Of a DNA stretch of 64,000 nucleotides, positions 29,222 to 37,889 are shown piece by piece; within the stretch, counting starts at the first letter, position 1, and every line of letters starts with the position of its first letter. This DNA comes from a virus. Its lineage: Duplodnaviria > Heunggongvirae > Uroviricota > Caudoviricetes. The stretch is taken from the IMG/VR virus record IMGVR_UViG_3300010365_001539, positions 76 through 64,075 of that record; one strand, written 5' to 3'. Made by a program: the position numbers and the translations under genes. Under the pieces are notes generated by a model. The model was not told the origin of the DNA and made no database searches. It saw only the letters and a program-made list of their open reading frames with translations.

Positions 29222-29935
29222 ATGAAAAATTTAATTGAAGTCTTTGAAGATACTAAACAATATACTTTAGATAATAATCTAATTAATAGTAAAACCACTA
29301 AACACACATTCTTAGAAATTGAAACTGCACATGGACTACCAAAGTCTAATATTTCTGTTATAAACTCTGATACAGTATCTGCAGCACTTGATTTTACATT
29401 ACTTGGTAAAACTGCCTTACTTAATATGGCTTCTTATAAAAGACCTGGAGGTGGTGTTAGAAATGGCGCAAGAGCACAAGAAGAATGTTTATTCAGATGT
29501 TCTAATCTATCAGAAGTAATACCTACATCACACTACCTTTTAAAAGAAGATGAATGTCTTTATACAAGTGCAGGAGTTTTCTTTAAAGACTTCAACTATG
29601 ATTACATAACACCAACTGAAATAGATGTAATCACTATACCAGCCATTAACCTAAATGGATTTGAACTAACTAATATCAAACAATACATTAAGACTAATAA
29701 AGACAAAATTAGATTGATGTTATCATTAGCAATCAAAAATGAAGTAAAGAATATTATCTTAGGTGCTTGGGGTTGTGGAGTATTTAAAAACAATCCAGTT
29801 CAAATTGCTACTTTCTTTAAAGAAGTTTTAGATGAAGGTTACAATTCATACTTTGATAATGTTGTATTTGCAATTATCAATGACCACAATTCAGTAGATA
29901 ATAATTTAGAAATCTTTAAATCAATCTTACAATGA
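29222..29935 (+). CDS. macrodomain / bacterial PARG-like (TIGR02452-like) ADP-ribose-processing protein
   Basis: LNMASYKRPGGGVRNGARAQEECLFRCSNL and GAWGCGVFKNNP match the signature motifs of the TIGR02452 (DUF2263) macro/PARG-like family by recall. Confidence 0.65.
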   Translation: MKNLIEVFEDTKQYTLDNNLINSKTTKHTFLEIETAHGLPKSNISVINSDTVSAALDFTLLGKTALLNMASYKRPGGGVRNGARAQEECLFRCSNLSEVIPTSHYLLKEDECLYTSAGVFFKDFNYDYITPTEIDVITIPAINLNGFELTNIKQYIKTNKDKIRLMLSLAIKNEVKNIILGAWGCGVFKNNPVQIATFFKEVLDEGYNSYFDNVVFAIINDHNSVDNNLEIFKSILQ

Positions 29936-30327
29936 AACCAGGAGAAAGCTTAGTTATAATGGGATTCTTAGTAGTTATGTTACTAATATTATTTATATTA
30001 GGTTACTTTGCAAGAAGATGTTCCACAAAAGAAAAATTCATATTCTCTCAGAAAATTAAAAACATAAATTGGAGAAAAACTTTTAAGTATTGGTTTTTTA
30101 TTCAAGGGTTTATGTTACTTGGTAGTATGGGTAATAACAATATGTACTGGTATGAGATTGTTGGTCTACCACTTATTGTAATGTTATTAATATTTGTAAA
30201 TGGTCTTGGTGTAAATACTAATAAAGAATATGGTGAATTAGTAAGAACTAAAGACTTTGAAGATTGGGAGAAAGTAGAAGAAAGAGATAAGAAATTAAAA
30301 AAGATATTAAAAAAGAACATATTCTAA
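29932..30327 (+). CDS. membrane protein
   Basis: 131-aa ORF with three hydrophobic segments. Confidence 0.5.
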   Translation: MKPGESLVIMGFLVVMLLILFILGYFARRCSTKEKFIFSQKIKNINWRKTFKYWFFIQGFMLLGSMGNNNMYWYEIVGLPLIVMLLIFVNGLGVNTNKEYGELVRTKDFEDWEKVEERDKKLKKILKKNIF

Positions 30328-30361
30328 AAAAATTTATTAACTTTGTATAAAATATAAAACT

Positions 30362-30646
30362 ATGAAAACATATCAAGCATCAAAATTGGCATCTGGAGTA
30401 AGTAAAATTTTCCCTCACAAAATTACAATTACTGATAACTCTGTTACAATTACAGAACCAGGATTATTCAGTAATAAAGAAAAAACAATTCCTTTTTCTA
30501 AAATTGCTTCTGTAAATGTAGATTGTCCTATGTTAGGCTTCTCAACAATCAAAATTGAAACTACTGGTAATGATAGTTTAACTATTGTTGGTTTCACTAA
30601 AGATGAAGTAAATGAAATGAAACAAACAATCTTATCTAAAATCTAA
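30362..30646 (+). CDS. small beta-rich protein, possibly bacterial PH-domain-like
   Basis: 94-aa ORF preceded by a TAACTTTG promoter-like element. Confidence 0.4.
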   Translation: MKTYQASKLASGVSKIFPHKITITDNSVTITEPGLFSNKEKTIPFSKIASVNVDCPMLGFSTIKIETTGNDSLTIVGFTKDEVNEMKQTILSKI

Positions 30647-30897
30647 TGTACTTACTTAGTGATCATGGAACTCATGAAATAATGAGTGGTGCAGGTGATG
30701 AGCTTGGTGAAACAATTGAAGCTTGTATCAGATGGTGTGAGTCAAAAGATTGTCAAGTTATTTTACACTTTAATGGTATGAAAAGACATATCAATAAAGG
30801 AACATATGCTAAAGGTTTAACAGATAATTGGTTTGATCCAAAATATGTTTCTTTACAAGATACAAGAGAGAAAAAATTAAATGACTTAGGTATATGA
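30646..30897 (+). CDS. small protein of the C-terminal KLxxLGI-motif family
   Basis: Ends DTREKKLNDLGI. Confidence 0.5.
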   Translation: MYLLSDHGTHEIMSGAGDELGETIEACIRWCESKDCQVILHFNGMKRHINKGTYAKGLTDNWFDPKYVSLQDTREKKLNDLGI

Positions 30898-30964
30898 AAC
30901 AAAGATTAATAACTTGGTTATTAATCCATACAACATGTATTTGGTTAAGATGGATAAAAAATAA

Positions 30965-31065
30965 ACGGGAGTAGAACAGTGGTAGTTCAGCTTGCTAGGA
31001 AATATAATGTTGTAATGTTATATTTCTGACCAGGATGGTCGTAGGTTCGAGCCCTACCTCCCGTA
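30965..31065 (+). tRNA. atypical tRNA-like gene (101 nt) with a ~22-nt hairpin insertion in the anticodon-arm region; isotype unresolved
   Basis: Acceptor stem ACGGGAG/CTCCCGT is a perfect 7 bp. D-arm GAAC-AGTGGTA-GTTC. T-arm GTAGG-TTCGAGC-CCTAC is canonical. Between the D- and T-arms lie 51 nt, including the long hairpin GAAATATAA-N10-TTATATTTC, so there is no canonical 17-nt anticodon arm. Confidence 0.5.
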
Positions 31066-31078
31066 CAAAAATAAAAAT

Positions 31079-31240
31079 ATGAAAGTAAGAGATAAACAAA
31101 CTGGAAAAATTGAAACTGTTATAGATAAAACTATCAATAGTTTCTGTGTTACAAGAACCAAATTAACCGAAGATGGTATTAACTGTACTCAGTGGTTCAC
31201 ACAAGGTGACTTCTATAAAAAATTTGAAGAAGTTAAGTAA
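31079..31240 (+). CDS. small hypothetical protein (53 aa)
   Basis: Fills the gap with a TAATG overlap to 31240. Below the track cutoff. Confidence 0.35.
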   Translation: MKVRDKQTGKIETVIDKTINSFCVTRTKLTEDGINCTQWFTQGDFYKKFEEVK

Positions 31241-31533
31241 TGACTTACCTTGTAAAATATACTGATGATATAAGTAGACCAGGTCTTATTGATAGAACTG
31301 AAAGTTGGGAAATAATTGATAAAGTATGCAAAGGTAATTCATTACTTGATATAAATCCTTATTTAAGAAAAAAAGAATTACCAATACTTAGTGACCTAAC
31401 CACTTTCAGAATTAATGGTATCATATTAGTTTACTTCTATGATATATCAGAACAACTTTACATATTGGATTCAGAACACAAAGATTGTATTCAAATAGTA
31501 AGAGATTATAAATTAAAAAATATTTTAAAATAA
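31240..31533 (+). CDS. hypothetical protein (C-terminal RDYKLKNILK motif variant)
   Basis: 97-aa ORF. Confidence 0.45.
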   Translation: MTYLVKYTDDISRPGLIDRTESWEIIDKVCKGNSLLDINPYLRKKELPILSDLTTFRINGIILVYFYDISEQLYILDSEHKDCIQIVRDYKLKNILK

Positions 31534-31600
31534 CTTTGGTGGTTTATAAAAATCACCTATCTTTGTACTCAACAAAAAATAACAAATAAAAAAACAAATT

Positions 31601-32422
31601 ATGACAAAATTTTTAAGATTTTCTTTTTTAGCATTACTTATGCTTACATGTTTAACTTCTTGTTACCGAGTATCTCCTGATGCAGGACAAGAAAGTGTAT
31701 TAGTTTATAAACCAATGTTCTTTGGACATGGTGGTGTAGATGAATCTCCAGTATCAACAGGTTCTACCTGGGTATCAATGACAACTGACCACTTTGAGTT
31801 TGTATTAACTCCAATTACAATTACAGAAGATTTTGTAAATATGATTCCTTCTGATAATACTCCAGTTTCTTTTAGTGCTTACTTAAAAGTTCAAGTAAGA
31901 CAAGGTTCAACACCTACTTTATATTCAAAATTTGGTGAGAAATGGTATGAACATTCATTACAAGCAACATTTAGAACATTAGTAAGAGATAGAGCATCAC
32001 AATTTAAAATGTTAGAGTTAGCAAGTAAGAGAGAGATTTCTGCTAAGTTAGAGAAAGATATTTTTGCAGAGATTTCAGAATATGCAAAAAAATTAAACTT
32101 ACCTGTTGATGTATTACAAGTATCTATTGGTGCAATTACTCCACCACAAGAAGTATTAACAGAGACTAAAAATACTGCTGCACAAAACCAAAGTATCTTG
32201 ACACAAGCATCAAGAGCTAATGCTGAGGCTGCAAGAAAACAAGCAGAGATTAATAAAGCAGATGCAGATAAAGCTTATAGAACTGAAATGGGTATGACTA
32301 CTCCAGAGTATTTACAACTAAGACAATTAGAGATTGAAAAAGAAAAAGTTGAATTGATTAAAGATAATAAAAATATCTCAATCATCTTTGGAAATGCAAG
32401 TCCTGTGACTCCAATAAAATAA
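31601..32422 (+). CDS. SPFH/band-7 (prohibitin/stomatin-like) domain lipoprotein
   Basis: Lipobox LTSC after a signal peptide. SPFH-like core followed by an A/E/K-rich coiled-coil tail (AEAARKQAEINKADADKAYR). Confidence 0.55.
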   Translation: MTKFLRFSFLALLMLTCLTSCYRVSPDAGQESVLVYKPMFFGHGGVDESPVSTGSTWVSMTTDHFEFVLTPITITEDFVNMIPSDNTPVSFSAYLKVQVRQGSTPTLYSKFGEKWYEHSLQATFRTLVRDRASQFKMLELASKREISAKLEKDIFAEISEYAKKLNLPVDVLQVSIGAITPPQEVLTETKNTAAQNQSILTQASRANAEAARKQAEINKADADKAYRTEMGMTTPEYLQLRQLEIEKEKVELIKDNKNISIIFGNASPVTPIK

Positions 32423-32441
32423 TAAAATATAAAAAAGTTAA

Positions 32442-32474
32442 AAAAGGTGTAGAGAAATCTACACCTTTTTTTGT
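32442..32474 (+). terminator. rho-independent terminator
   Basis: AAAAGGTGTAGA-GAAA-TCTACACCTTTTTTTGTTTT. Confidence 0.7.
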
Positions 32475-32493
32475 TTTATAAAAAAACTATTCA

Positions 32494-32501
32494 TATATTT
32501 G
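32494..32501 (+). promoter_or_regulatory. Bacteroidetes-type -7 element TATATTTG
   Basis: TAnnTTTG 18 nt upstream of the ATG at 32520. Confidence 0.4.
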
Positions 32502-32519
32502 TAACTATAAAATATTACT

Positions 32520-32672
32520 ATGGGAAATAAAAATTTTAATTATGATAAATTAGCTAGAGAAAGAAATAAAACTTTGTTTCAAATAGCACTGGTTGCAGGT
32601 ATAGTTATACTTGCTGCAAATGACTTGGATGGTTGGGGTTGGTTAGTATTCATCTTATTATGTACTGTTTAA
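32520..32672 (+). CDS. small membrane protein (50 aa)
   Basis: Short ORF with a hydrophobic core, downstream of a promoter-like element. Confidence 0.3.
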   Translation: MGNKNFNYDKLARERNKTLFQIALVAGIVILAANDLDGWGWLVFILLCTV

Positions 32673-32673
32673 T

Positions 32674-32913
32674 ATGTTTAAAACAATAAAACTATTTAAT
32701 AAATTGTCTGATAGACAAGAACAACTATTTGATGAATGTGTTGCACACTCTCAATCTCTTTCCAGAGTAGTTTACACTGGTTTAAGTGAATACCGAGCAG
32801 TAAACAATGCAGTTAGAAAGGTTAGAAAAAAAGTACCAAGAATTTATTTTATACTATTGTTTTTAAATAACAATATATTTGTACCACTTATTAATGGAAT
32901 AGCACACATATGA
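32674..32913 (+). CDS. hypothetical protein
   Basis: 79-aa ORF. Confidence 0.4.
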   Translation: MFKTIKLFNKLSDRQEQLFDECVAHSQSLSRVVYTGLSEYRAVNNAVRKVRKKVPRIYFILLFLNNNIFVPLINGIAHI

Positions 32914-33395
32914 TAGACTTAATTAAAGAAGAAATAAAGAAAGATAATCCAGATTGGTTACTTATATCTAACTTATCACAGAAGATTTATCTGGAGTCAA
33001 ATAAAGCCAATTTATTAGGCATTAGAGAGAATATTATCAACTTAGTTAAAGTTGGTGCACATGGTGTTGGTGATGTAGTTGATTTATTAGAACCAATTTA
33101 CCCTGGTAAAGTTATTGGTGTTGGTGGTTATAGAGCAATGACAGTAAATGCTGGTGCCAAATTAGTAAGAGCAAGAGGTGAAAATGAAACTATGATTATA
33201 GTGACTGATCGTGATGCACTTATTAAACATCTTGGACCTCACCAATTTTTTAGATGTAATATAGCAAATCAATACAATAACAATAAAATAACTGTTAAAT
33301 GGACTAATGTTGATACTGGTGAGATTACAAGTTTTGAACCAAAAGAATTAAAATCAATGATTAGAGAACAAAAAATAAATGAAATTTTAAATTAA
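32910..33395 (+). CDS. hypothetical protein (C-terminal REQKINEILN motif variant)
   Basis: 161-aa ORF. Confidence 0.45.
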   Translation: MIDLIKEEIKKDNPDWLLISNLSQKIYLESNKANLLGIRENIINLVKVGAHGVGDVVDLLEPIYPGKVIGVGGYRAMTVNAGAKLVRARGENETMIIVTDRDALIKHLGPHQFFRCNIANQYNNNKITVKWTNVDTGEITSFEPKELKSMIREQKINEILN

Positions 33396-33400
33396 AATAT

Positions 33401-33757
33401 ATGATACAGTTAATAAGAGAGAAGTTCCCAATTTTTTTAGCAATAATAGCTGCTTGTTTATTACTATTTTTAGGTAAAGCATTTTATGATGATCAATTGG
33501 CAACTACAAAATATAAAGGTGTTGTTGTTGATAAAGGATATGAATTACCAACATCTGGTTATAAATCACATACTGATCCAAAGTATATAATTTATATGAA
33601 AGAAGACATTACTCAAAAAGTTATTAGAGTAGAAGTTAAAGTACCTGTTTACTTTTCATTAAACAAAGGTGATAGAACAGAATTTGAATTATCTAATCCA
33701 GCTATGTATAAATCAGGTAATACTGATAGTCCAAATGATAATTTATATGGTAAATAA
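33401..33757 (+). CDS. membrane-anchored hypothetical protein
   Basis: 118 aa with an N-terminal TM segment. Confidence 0.45.
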   Translation: MIQLIREKFPIFLAIIAACLLLFLGKAFYDDQLATTKYKGVVVDKGYELPTSGYKSHTDPKYIIYMKEDITQKVIRVEVKVPVYFSLNKGDRTEFELSNPAMYKSGNTDSPNDNLYGK

Positions 33758-33983
33758 TCTAAAAGAAATTATAGAAGAGTACTACCCTTCATCAGATGTA
33801 ATGTTTGCTGAACTATCCAACAATGAATTAAAAATAGTATTGGAAGATGGACAAGTAAGATGGTATGGTTTTGAAGGTGATACACTTTATTGCTATGAAC
33901 CAAAATCAATAACAGGTGATAGAAACATTCAAAAGTTTAAATCAATATTTAGAGAAGCTAAAATAAATCAAATAATAGAATGA
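33747..33983 (+). CDS. hypothetical protein (C-terminal REAKINQIIE motif variant)
   Basis: The ATG at 33747 overlaps the upstream stop (ATGGTAAATAA). It is in frame with the track ORF 33669..33983. Confidence 0.45.
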   Translation: MVNNLKEIIEEYYPSSDVMFAELSNNELKIVLEDGQVRWYGFEGDTLYCYEPKSITGDRNIQKFKSIFREAKINQIIE

Positions 33984-34270
33984 AATTTTTTTCAATAGAT
34001 ACTGCAATAGATAATGAATATAGATTTTATAATATTCAAGGAGGTAATGTATTTTTTATTTTAAAAGAAAAGTTTGGAAAATATCATACTTCACAATTAT
34101 TTGAATATGAACCAATAGTTGAAGAACTAAAAGAATGGTCTATAAAAGTTATTCAAAATAATCCTAAAATAGGATTAGAAGATTTATCATTTAATTATGA
34201 TAAAGTAATCAAGCCAATGTTTATTTTACATCAGAGAGATAGTAAATTAACTCAACTTGGTATTACCTAA
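33980..34270 (+). CDS. hypothetical protein (ends RDSKLTQLGIT)
   Basis: 96-aa ORF. Confidence 0.45.
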   Translation: MKFFSIDTAIDNEYRFYNIQGGNVFFILKEKFGKYHTSQLFEYEPIVEELKEWSIKVIQNNPKIGLEDLSFNYDKVIKPMFILHQRDSKLTQLGIT

Positions 34271-34691
34271 TATCAGAAATGCCTATCTTTCTATTTATCT
34301 GTAAACTAACACCAGTACAAGAAGCATACTCAGGAACTTTACCATCTATTACATCTTTTACAGAAAAAACTTTATTAAATTGATTAGGTGCAATTTGTGG
34401 TTCATAACTATCAAAACCAACATTACTATATGCAATTACATATCTTTCAGATAATATTTGTAAGAATGGAATAAAATCATCTTCTATTTCATTCCAGTAA
34501 AATCTTCTACCTCTACCTGGAAAATTTATATCATTATAATCTCTATCAAGTATAGTTATATGAGTATTAACATCATTACTATTAACATAACATTCAAACT
34601 TTCCATCTGTTAGATAAGCCAAATACTCTTTACAAAACTCTTCCAATTCATCACCAAGTTTTGATTCATTAAACTTTTTTAAATATTTCAT
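34263..34691 (-). CDS. leader-family protein (MKYLKKFNE), FC-E-LAYL-D-GF / W-EI-DDFIPF subfamily
   Basis: 142-aa - strand ORF. Contains the EEFCKEYLAYLTDGKF and WNEIEDDFIPFLQILSERY motifs. Confidence 0.55.
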   Translation of the reverse strand: MKYLKKFNESKLGDELEEFCKEYLAYLTDGKFECYVNSNDVNTHITILDRDYNDINFPGRGRRFYWNEIEDDFIPFLQILSERYVIAYSNVGFDSYEPQIAPNQFNKVFSVKDVIDGKVPEYASCTGVSLQINRKIGISDIR

Positions 34692-34733
34692 AAACTATAT
34701 ATAAAAAATTAAATATTAATCCTTATATTTGTA

Positions 34734-34741
34734 ATCAACTT
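34734..34741 (+). promoter_or_regulatory. Bacteroidetes-type -7 element TATATTTG
   Basis: 13 nt upstream of the ATG at 34755. Confidence 0.4.
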
Positions 34742-34754
34742 AAAATTAAATAAT

Positions 34755-35384
34755 ATGTTTTTAGCATTAACACCACCTGGAGAAGGAATGGACATTGGTA
34801 CTGCAATTTTCTTATCAGTATATTTTGTATGTATGGCAGCTGTACTTATTGCACTTCTTATGAGCTTTGTAATAGGTAATGAACATATATCAAATCAACT
34901 AGTAAATAGTTTCTTCTCAAATGCAATGGATATCACTTCATTCTTAAATGATGGTATTGTATTTAGTATTGGGAAAGAACTTCCTAATACTGAATGGAAA
35001 CAACAATGGATGAAATATTGTAGAATGATTATGCCACACTCTGGTTATAGAATAGAATATTCACATCCTTACAAATCAGATAAGTATAAAGAAATCACTG
35101 AATATGAAATCTATAAAGGTGATAAATTTATTGATGGTAACCAAACATGGGGATTAGAGAATGCAGAATCTCAAGCTTATATAAAAATATCACAGCTATC
35201 TACATTTGGTAATTTATATAAAAATGAAGTAGAAAAAGCAAAATGGGTTATAGACAAAATACCATCATTCAGAATAAATACTGATATTTATGATAGACAT
35301 TATAGAATAAATAGAGACCTTGAAAAAATTATAAACAATAAAACTCTTTTAAGAGAGTGGAAATTATCACTATTAGAAATATGA
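34755..35384 (+). CDS. hypothetical protein with an N-terminal TM segment
   Basis: 209-aa ORF. Confidence 0.45.
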   Translation: MFLALTPPGEGMDIGTAIFLSVYFVCMAAVLIALLMSFVIGNEHISNQLVNSFFSNAMDITSFLNDGIVFSIGKELPNTEWKQQWMKYCRMIMPHSGYRIEYSHPYKSDKYKEITEYEIYKGDKFIDGNQTWGLENAESQAYIKISQLSTFGNLYKNEVEKAKWVIDKIPSFRINTDIYDRHYRINRDLEKIINNKTLLREWKLSLLEI

Positions 35385-35803
35385 CATTTGAAGAATTAGA
35401 TAAATTAGTTTACACATCACTAAAAAATAGATGGGGTAAAAAAACAGAACGTAGAGACTATAGAAAACTTGAAAGAAAAAAACCTGAATTTTATAAAGGT
35501 AAAACAAGTACAAGTGGTTTGATGTTTCTTGTTGATGTTACTTATGATCTTTATGTTGATATAAATATCTTTGAAGACTATGTAACAATGAAGTTTAGAA
35601 AAGATGATGATAAACTTATGATGATAGATTCACGTAGAAGCCATGGTAGAAATGGATTTTGGAATTGTGATAAACTATTAGACTACTTTTTAAAACTAAT
35701 TGATGAATACTTATATCTTGATGAAAGATTTAAACTAATCAATTCGGGTAATATTCCAACAGACTTAGTAAGAGAAAATAAAATAGATTCAATATTATCA
35801 TGA
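35357..35803 (+). CDS. hypothetical protein (C-terminal RENKIDSILS motif variant)
   Basis: 148-aa ORF. Confidence 0.45.
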   Translation: MEIITIRNMTFEELDKLVYTSLKNRWGKKTERRDYRKLERKKPEFYKGKTSTSGLMFLVDVTYDLYVDINIFEDYVTMKFRKDDDKLMMIDSRRSHGRNGFWNCDKLLDYFLKLIDEYLYLDERFKLINSGNIPTDLVRENKIDSILS

Positions 35804-35973
35804 AGAAATCTCCAGGAATAAAAACAAAACTATACAAAGCATTTGTAATAGAAAATGATAAGGAAATAGAACTTCCAGGTTGGGTAATTGCAAAGAATAA
35901 AGAATTAGCAATTGAAGAATTTATAACTAAATATCCAGAGTATAAAGAATTTAAACTAAAACAAAGGCACTAA
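35800..35973 (+). CDS. small hypothetical protein (57 aa)
   Basis: ATGA overlap with the upstream gene. Its stop abuts the next ATG. Confidence 0.3.
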   Translation: MKKSPGIKTKLYKAFVIENDKEIELPGWVIAKNKELAIEEFITKYPEYKEFKLKQRH

Positions 35974-36245
35974 TGACAAAATCAACTAATCAAATAAATG
36001 TAAAAGATGGTCAGTACAAAGCTACTTGGTCAGGTTTTAATGTTGAAATAATTAGACCAATAACTTTTGATTGGAATGCACCTACTGATTTTAAAAATGG
36101 TGGACTTGCAGTAGATGTGAAAGTTAATAGAGGTATAAAAGGCACAACAAGAAAAAAGGTTGATGTAATTGATGGTTGGGTTTATATTGACTTATCAGTT
36201 GAGGATAAAAGAGAATTAAAATTAAAAAAAATATTAGATGAATAA
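35973..36245 (+). CDS. hypothetical protein (ends RELKLKKILDE)
   Basis: 90-aa ORF. Confidence 0.45.
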   Translation: MTKSTNQINVKDGQYKATWSGFNVEIIRPITFDWNAPTDFKNGGLAVDVKVNRGIKGTTRKKVDVIDGWVYIDLSVEDKRELKLKKILDE

Positions 36246-36453
36246 TTTAGAAAATGATAAAGACTTTCAAAAGAAGTTACAAAAAGGATATGAAAGAATG
36301 AGCATTGTAGTTTGTTTATGGTCAACCATACTAGTACCAATATTATTTATAGTTCCTGATGAAAGTAAATTCTTTGCAGTCTTAACCTGGATGGTTTGGA
36401 TAATTTTAGGAATTTTATTATCACCAAAAATAGTAGAAAAGATATGGCATTAA
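36238..36453 (+). CDS. small membrane protein
   Basis: 71-aa ORF with two hydrophobic segments. Confidence 0.4.
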   Translation: MNNLENDKDFQKKLQKGYERMSIVVCLWSTILVPILFIVPDESKFFAVLTWMVWIILGILLSPKIVEKIWH

Positions 36454-36674
36454 TAATTTATAGTGGTGCAATTGCAGCAGCACATAGAAAAAGTAAAAGA
36501 AGAAAGTCAACTAAAAAGTCAGAAGAAGTTAAATTGGATCCTGATGGTATGAAACCTTATACTCAAGAGTGGAAAGATAAACACCTTAAATGGGTTGAAG
36601 ATGGTTTATGTGGAAGTTGTGGTGCTCCATCTGGTGAAGAAAAGGGAATCTGTGATGAATGTAGATGGTCATAA
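36396..36674 (+). CDS. basic protein with a C-terminal Cys cluster (CGSCG...CDEC); the in-frame ATG at 36444 is an alternative start
   Basis: 92-aa ORF with KSKRRKSTKK and C-x2-C ... C-x2-C. Confidence 0.4.
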   Translation: MDNFRNFIITKNSRKDMALIIYSGAIAAAHRKSKRRKSTKKSEEVKLDPDGMKPYTQEWKDKHLKWVEDGLCGSCGAPSGEEKGICDECRWS

Positions 36675-36679
36675 ACTAA

Positions 36680-36910
36680 ATGAAAATCTCCCATATAATA
36701 TGTATGGGAGATTCAAGAACTAAATATTATGATGATTGGGATGATTACAGAGATTTCTGTGATTCATTGAAAATACAACCTAAAGATGATTTCTATACAC
36801 ATCAAAGAGAACTACTGAATGAATTAGGTTTTAAACACCTAAATGAATACTATGAAAATCTTAGAACTATTGAAGTAAGAGATAAGAAGATTAATCAAAT
36901 TCTGGATTAA
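36680..36910 (+). CDS. hypothetical protein (ends RDKKINQILD)
   Basis: 76-aa ORF. Confidence 0.45.
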   Translation: MKISHIICMGDSRTKYYDDWDDYRDFCDSLKIQPKDDFYTHQRELLNELGFKHLNEYYENLRTIEVRDKKINQILD

Positions 36911-37451
36911 TATCATCAAATGGTTCAACTAAATCAATATCTTCTTCCTCTATTAAGTGGTCAATTACTTGTCTTTGAATAGACTCCATTCTTTTTCTTG
37001 CTTTATTCAATGGGAAAAATTTAATATTATAAATTTCCTCTTCACCTAAAACTCTTTTCATAGTTTTATTTCTCAATACTAAACTATTAGGTTTTAAATA
37101 CTTTGCAAAATCCTCCCTTGTCTTATGATAAACAAAAACTTCTAACTCTTTAGTAATACCACTCTTTCTATAGTTTACTATAAATTTATAATCATAACGT
37201 CTGTCCAATTTAATACCAGCTTCTTCTTTAAGCTCTTTAAGTGCAGATGTTAAAGAGTTTCTACCTTCAATGTGTCCTTTAGGTAAAGACCATTTTACTC
37301 TTGAATGTTTGAACTTATCTGGTAATACTAATAGAATATTATCATCTACTAAAACTGCTACACCTGATAGTTTGTTTACTTTTTCCTGTTTGAATGCTTC
37401 AAATAATTTTAACCAAATCATAAAACTATATATTAAAGTTTGTTTATTCAA
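36891..37451 (-). CDS. Nudix hydrolase
   Basis: Nudix box GHIEGRNSLTSALKELKEEAGI (G-x5-E-x7-[RK]-E-x2-EE-x-G-I). Preceded by the beta-strand region VAVLVDDNILLVLP. Confidence 0.7.
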   Translation of the reverse strand: MNKQTLIYSFMIWLKLFEAFKQEKVNKLSGVAVLVDDNILLVLPDKFKHSRVKWSLPKGHIEGRNSLTSALKELKEEAGIKLDRRYDYKFIVNYRKSGITKELEVFVYHKTREDFAKYLKPNSLVLRNKTMKRVLGEEEIYNIKFFPLNKARKRMESIQRQVIDHLIEEEDIDLVEPFDDINPEFD

Positions 37452-37889
37452 AAATATTATTTATATTTGTATAAATTATTTTATATGGACATATTTGAAA
37501 TAGATAGAAAACTAAAAGAGAACTTAGACTTAATTGCTTTAAAAAACACTGAGATTAGTGAATTACAAATAAAACATAATCTATTACTACAACAAAAAAG
37601 GGTTGCTAAATTTGAACTTGTTGTAGAGAATGTTGAAATTGGACAAGTAATAGAATTACCTAATGCACTTACACCACTTAGATATGGTGATAAAATAAAA
37701 ATCATCAGAAAAAATGTAAAGTCTGTAACTGTAGAAATATTAGACAATCCACATAGTTGGAATAGAGATAAAAGAGTAGGTACAATAAAAAGAGTTCCTG
37801 CTTTAAACTTTGGTGAAACTATTTTCTATTGTAAAGAGATACAAACAATGATTGAAAGAAATGAAAAATTAAAAATGATATTAGGATAA
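37440..37889 (+). CDS. hypothetical protein (ends ERNEKLKMILG)
   Basis: 149-aa ORF preceded by TATATTTG. Confidence 0.45.
   Translation: MFIQKYYLYLYKLFYMDIFEIDRKLKENLDLIALKNTEISELQIKHNLLLQQKRVAKFELVVENVEIGQVIELPNALTPLRYGDKIKIIRKNVKSVTVEILDNPHSWNRDKRVGTIKRVPALNFGETIFYCKEIQTMIERNEKLKMILG

Noticed and set aside
30965-31065. Reading the tRNA-like element as a tRNA on the - strand
   Set aside because: The reverse complement has no T-loop-like sequence near its 3' end. Only the + strand gives acceptor, D and T arms.
36690-36715. Perfect hairpin ATCTCCCATA-TAATATG-TATGGGAGAT as a terminator
   Set aside because: It lies inside the 5' end of ORF 36680..36910 and has no following U-run. It is more likely an internal RNA structure, or coincidental.
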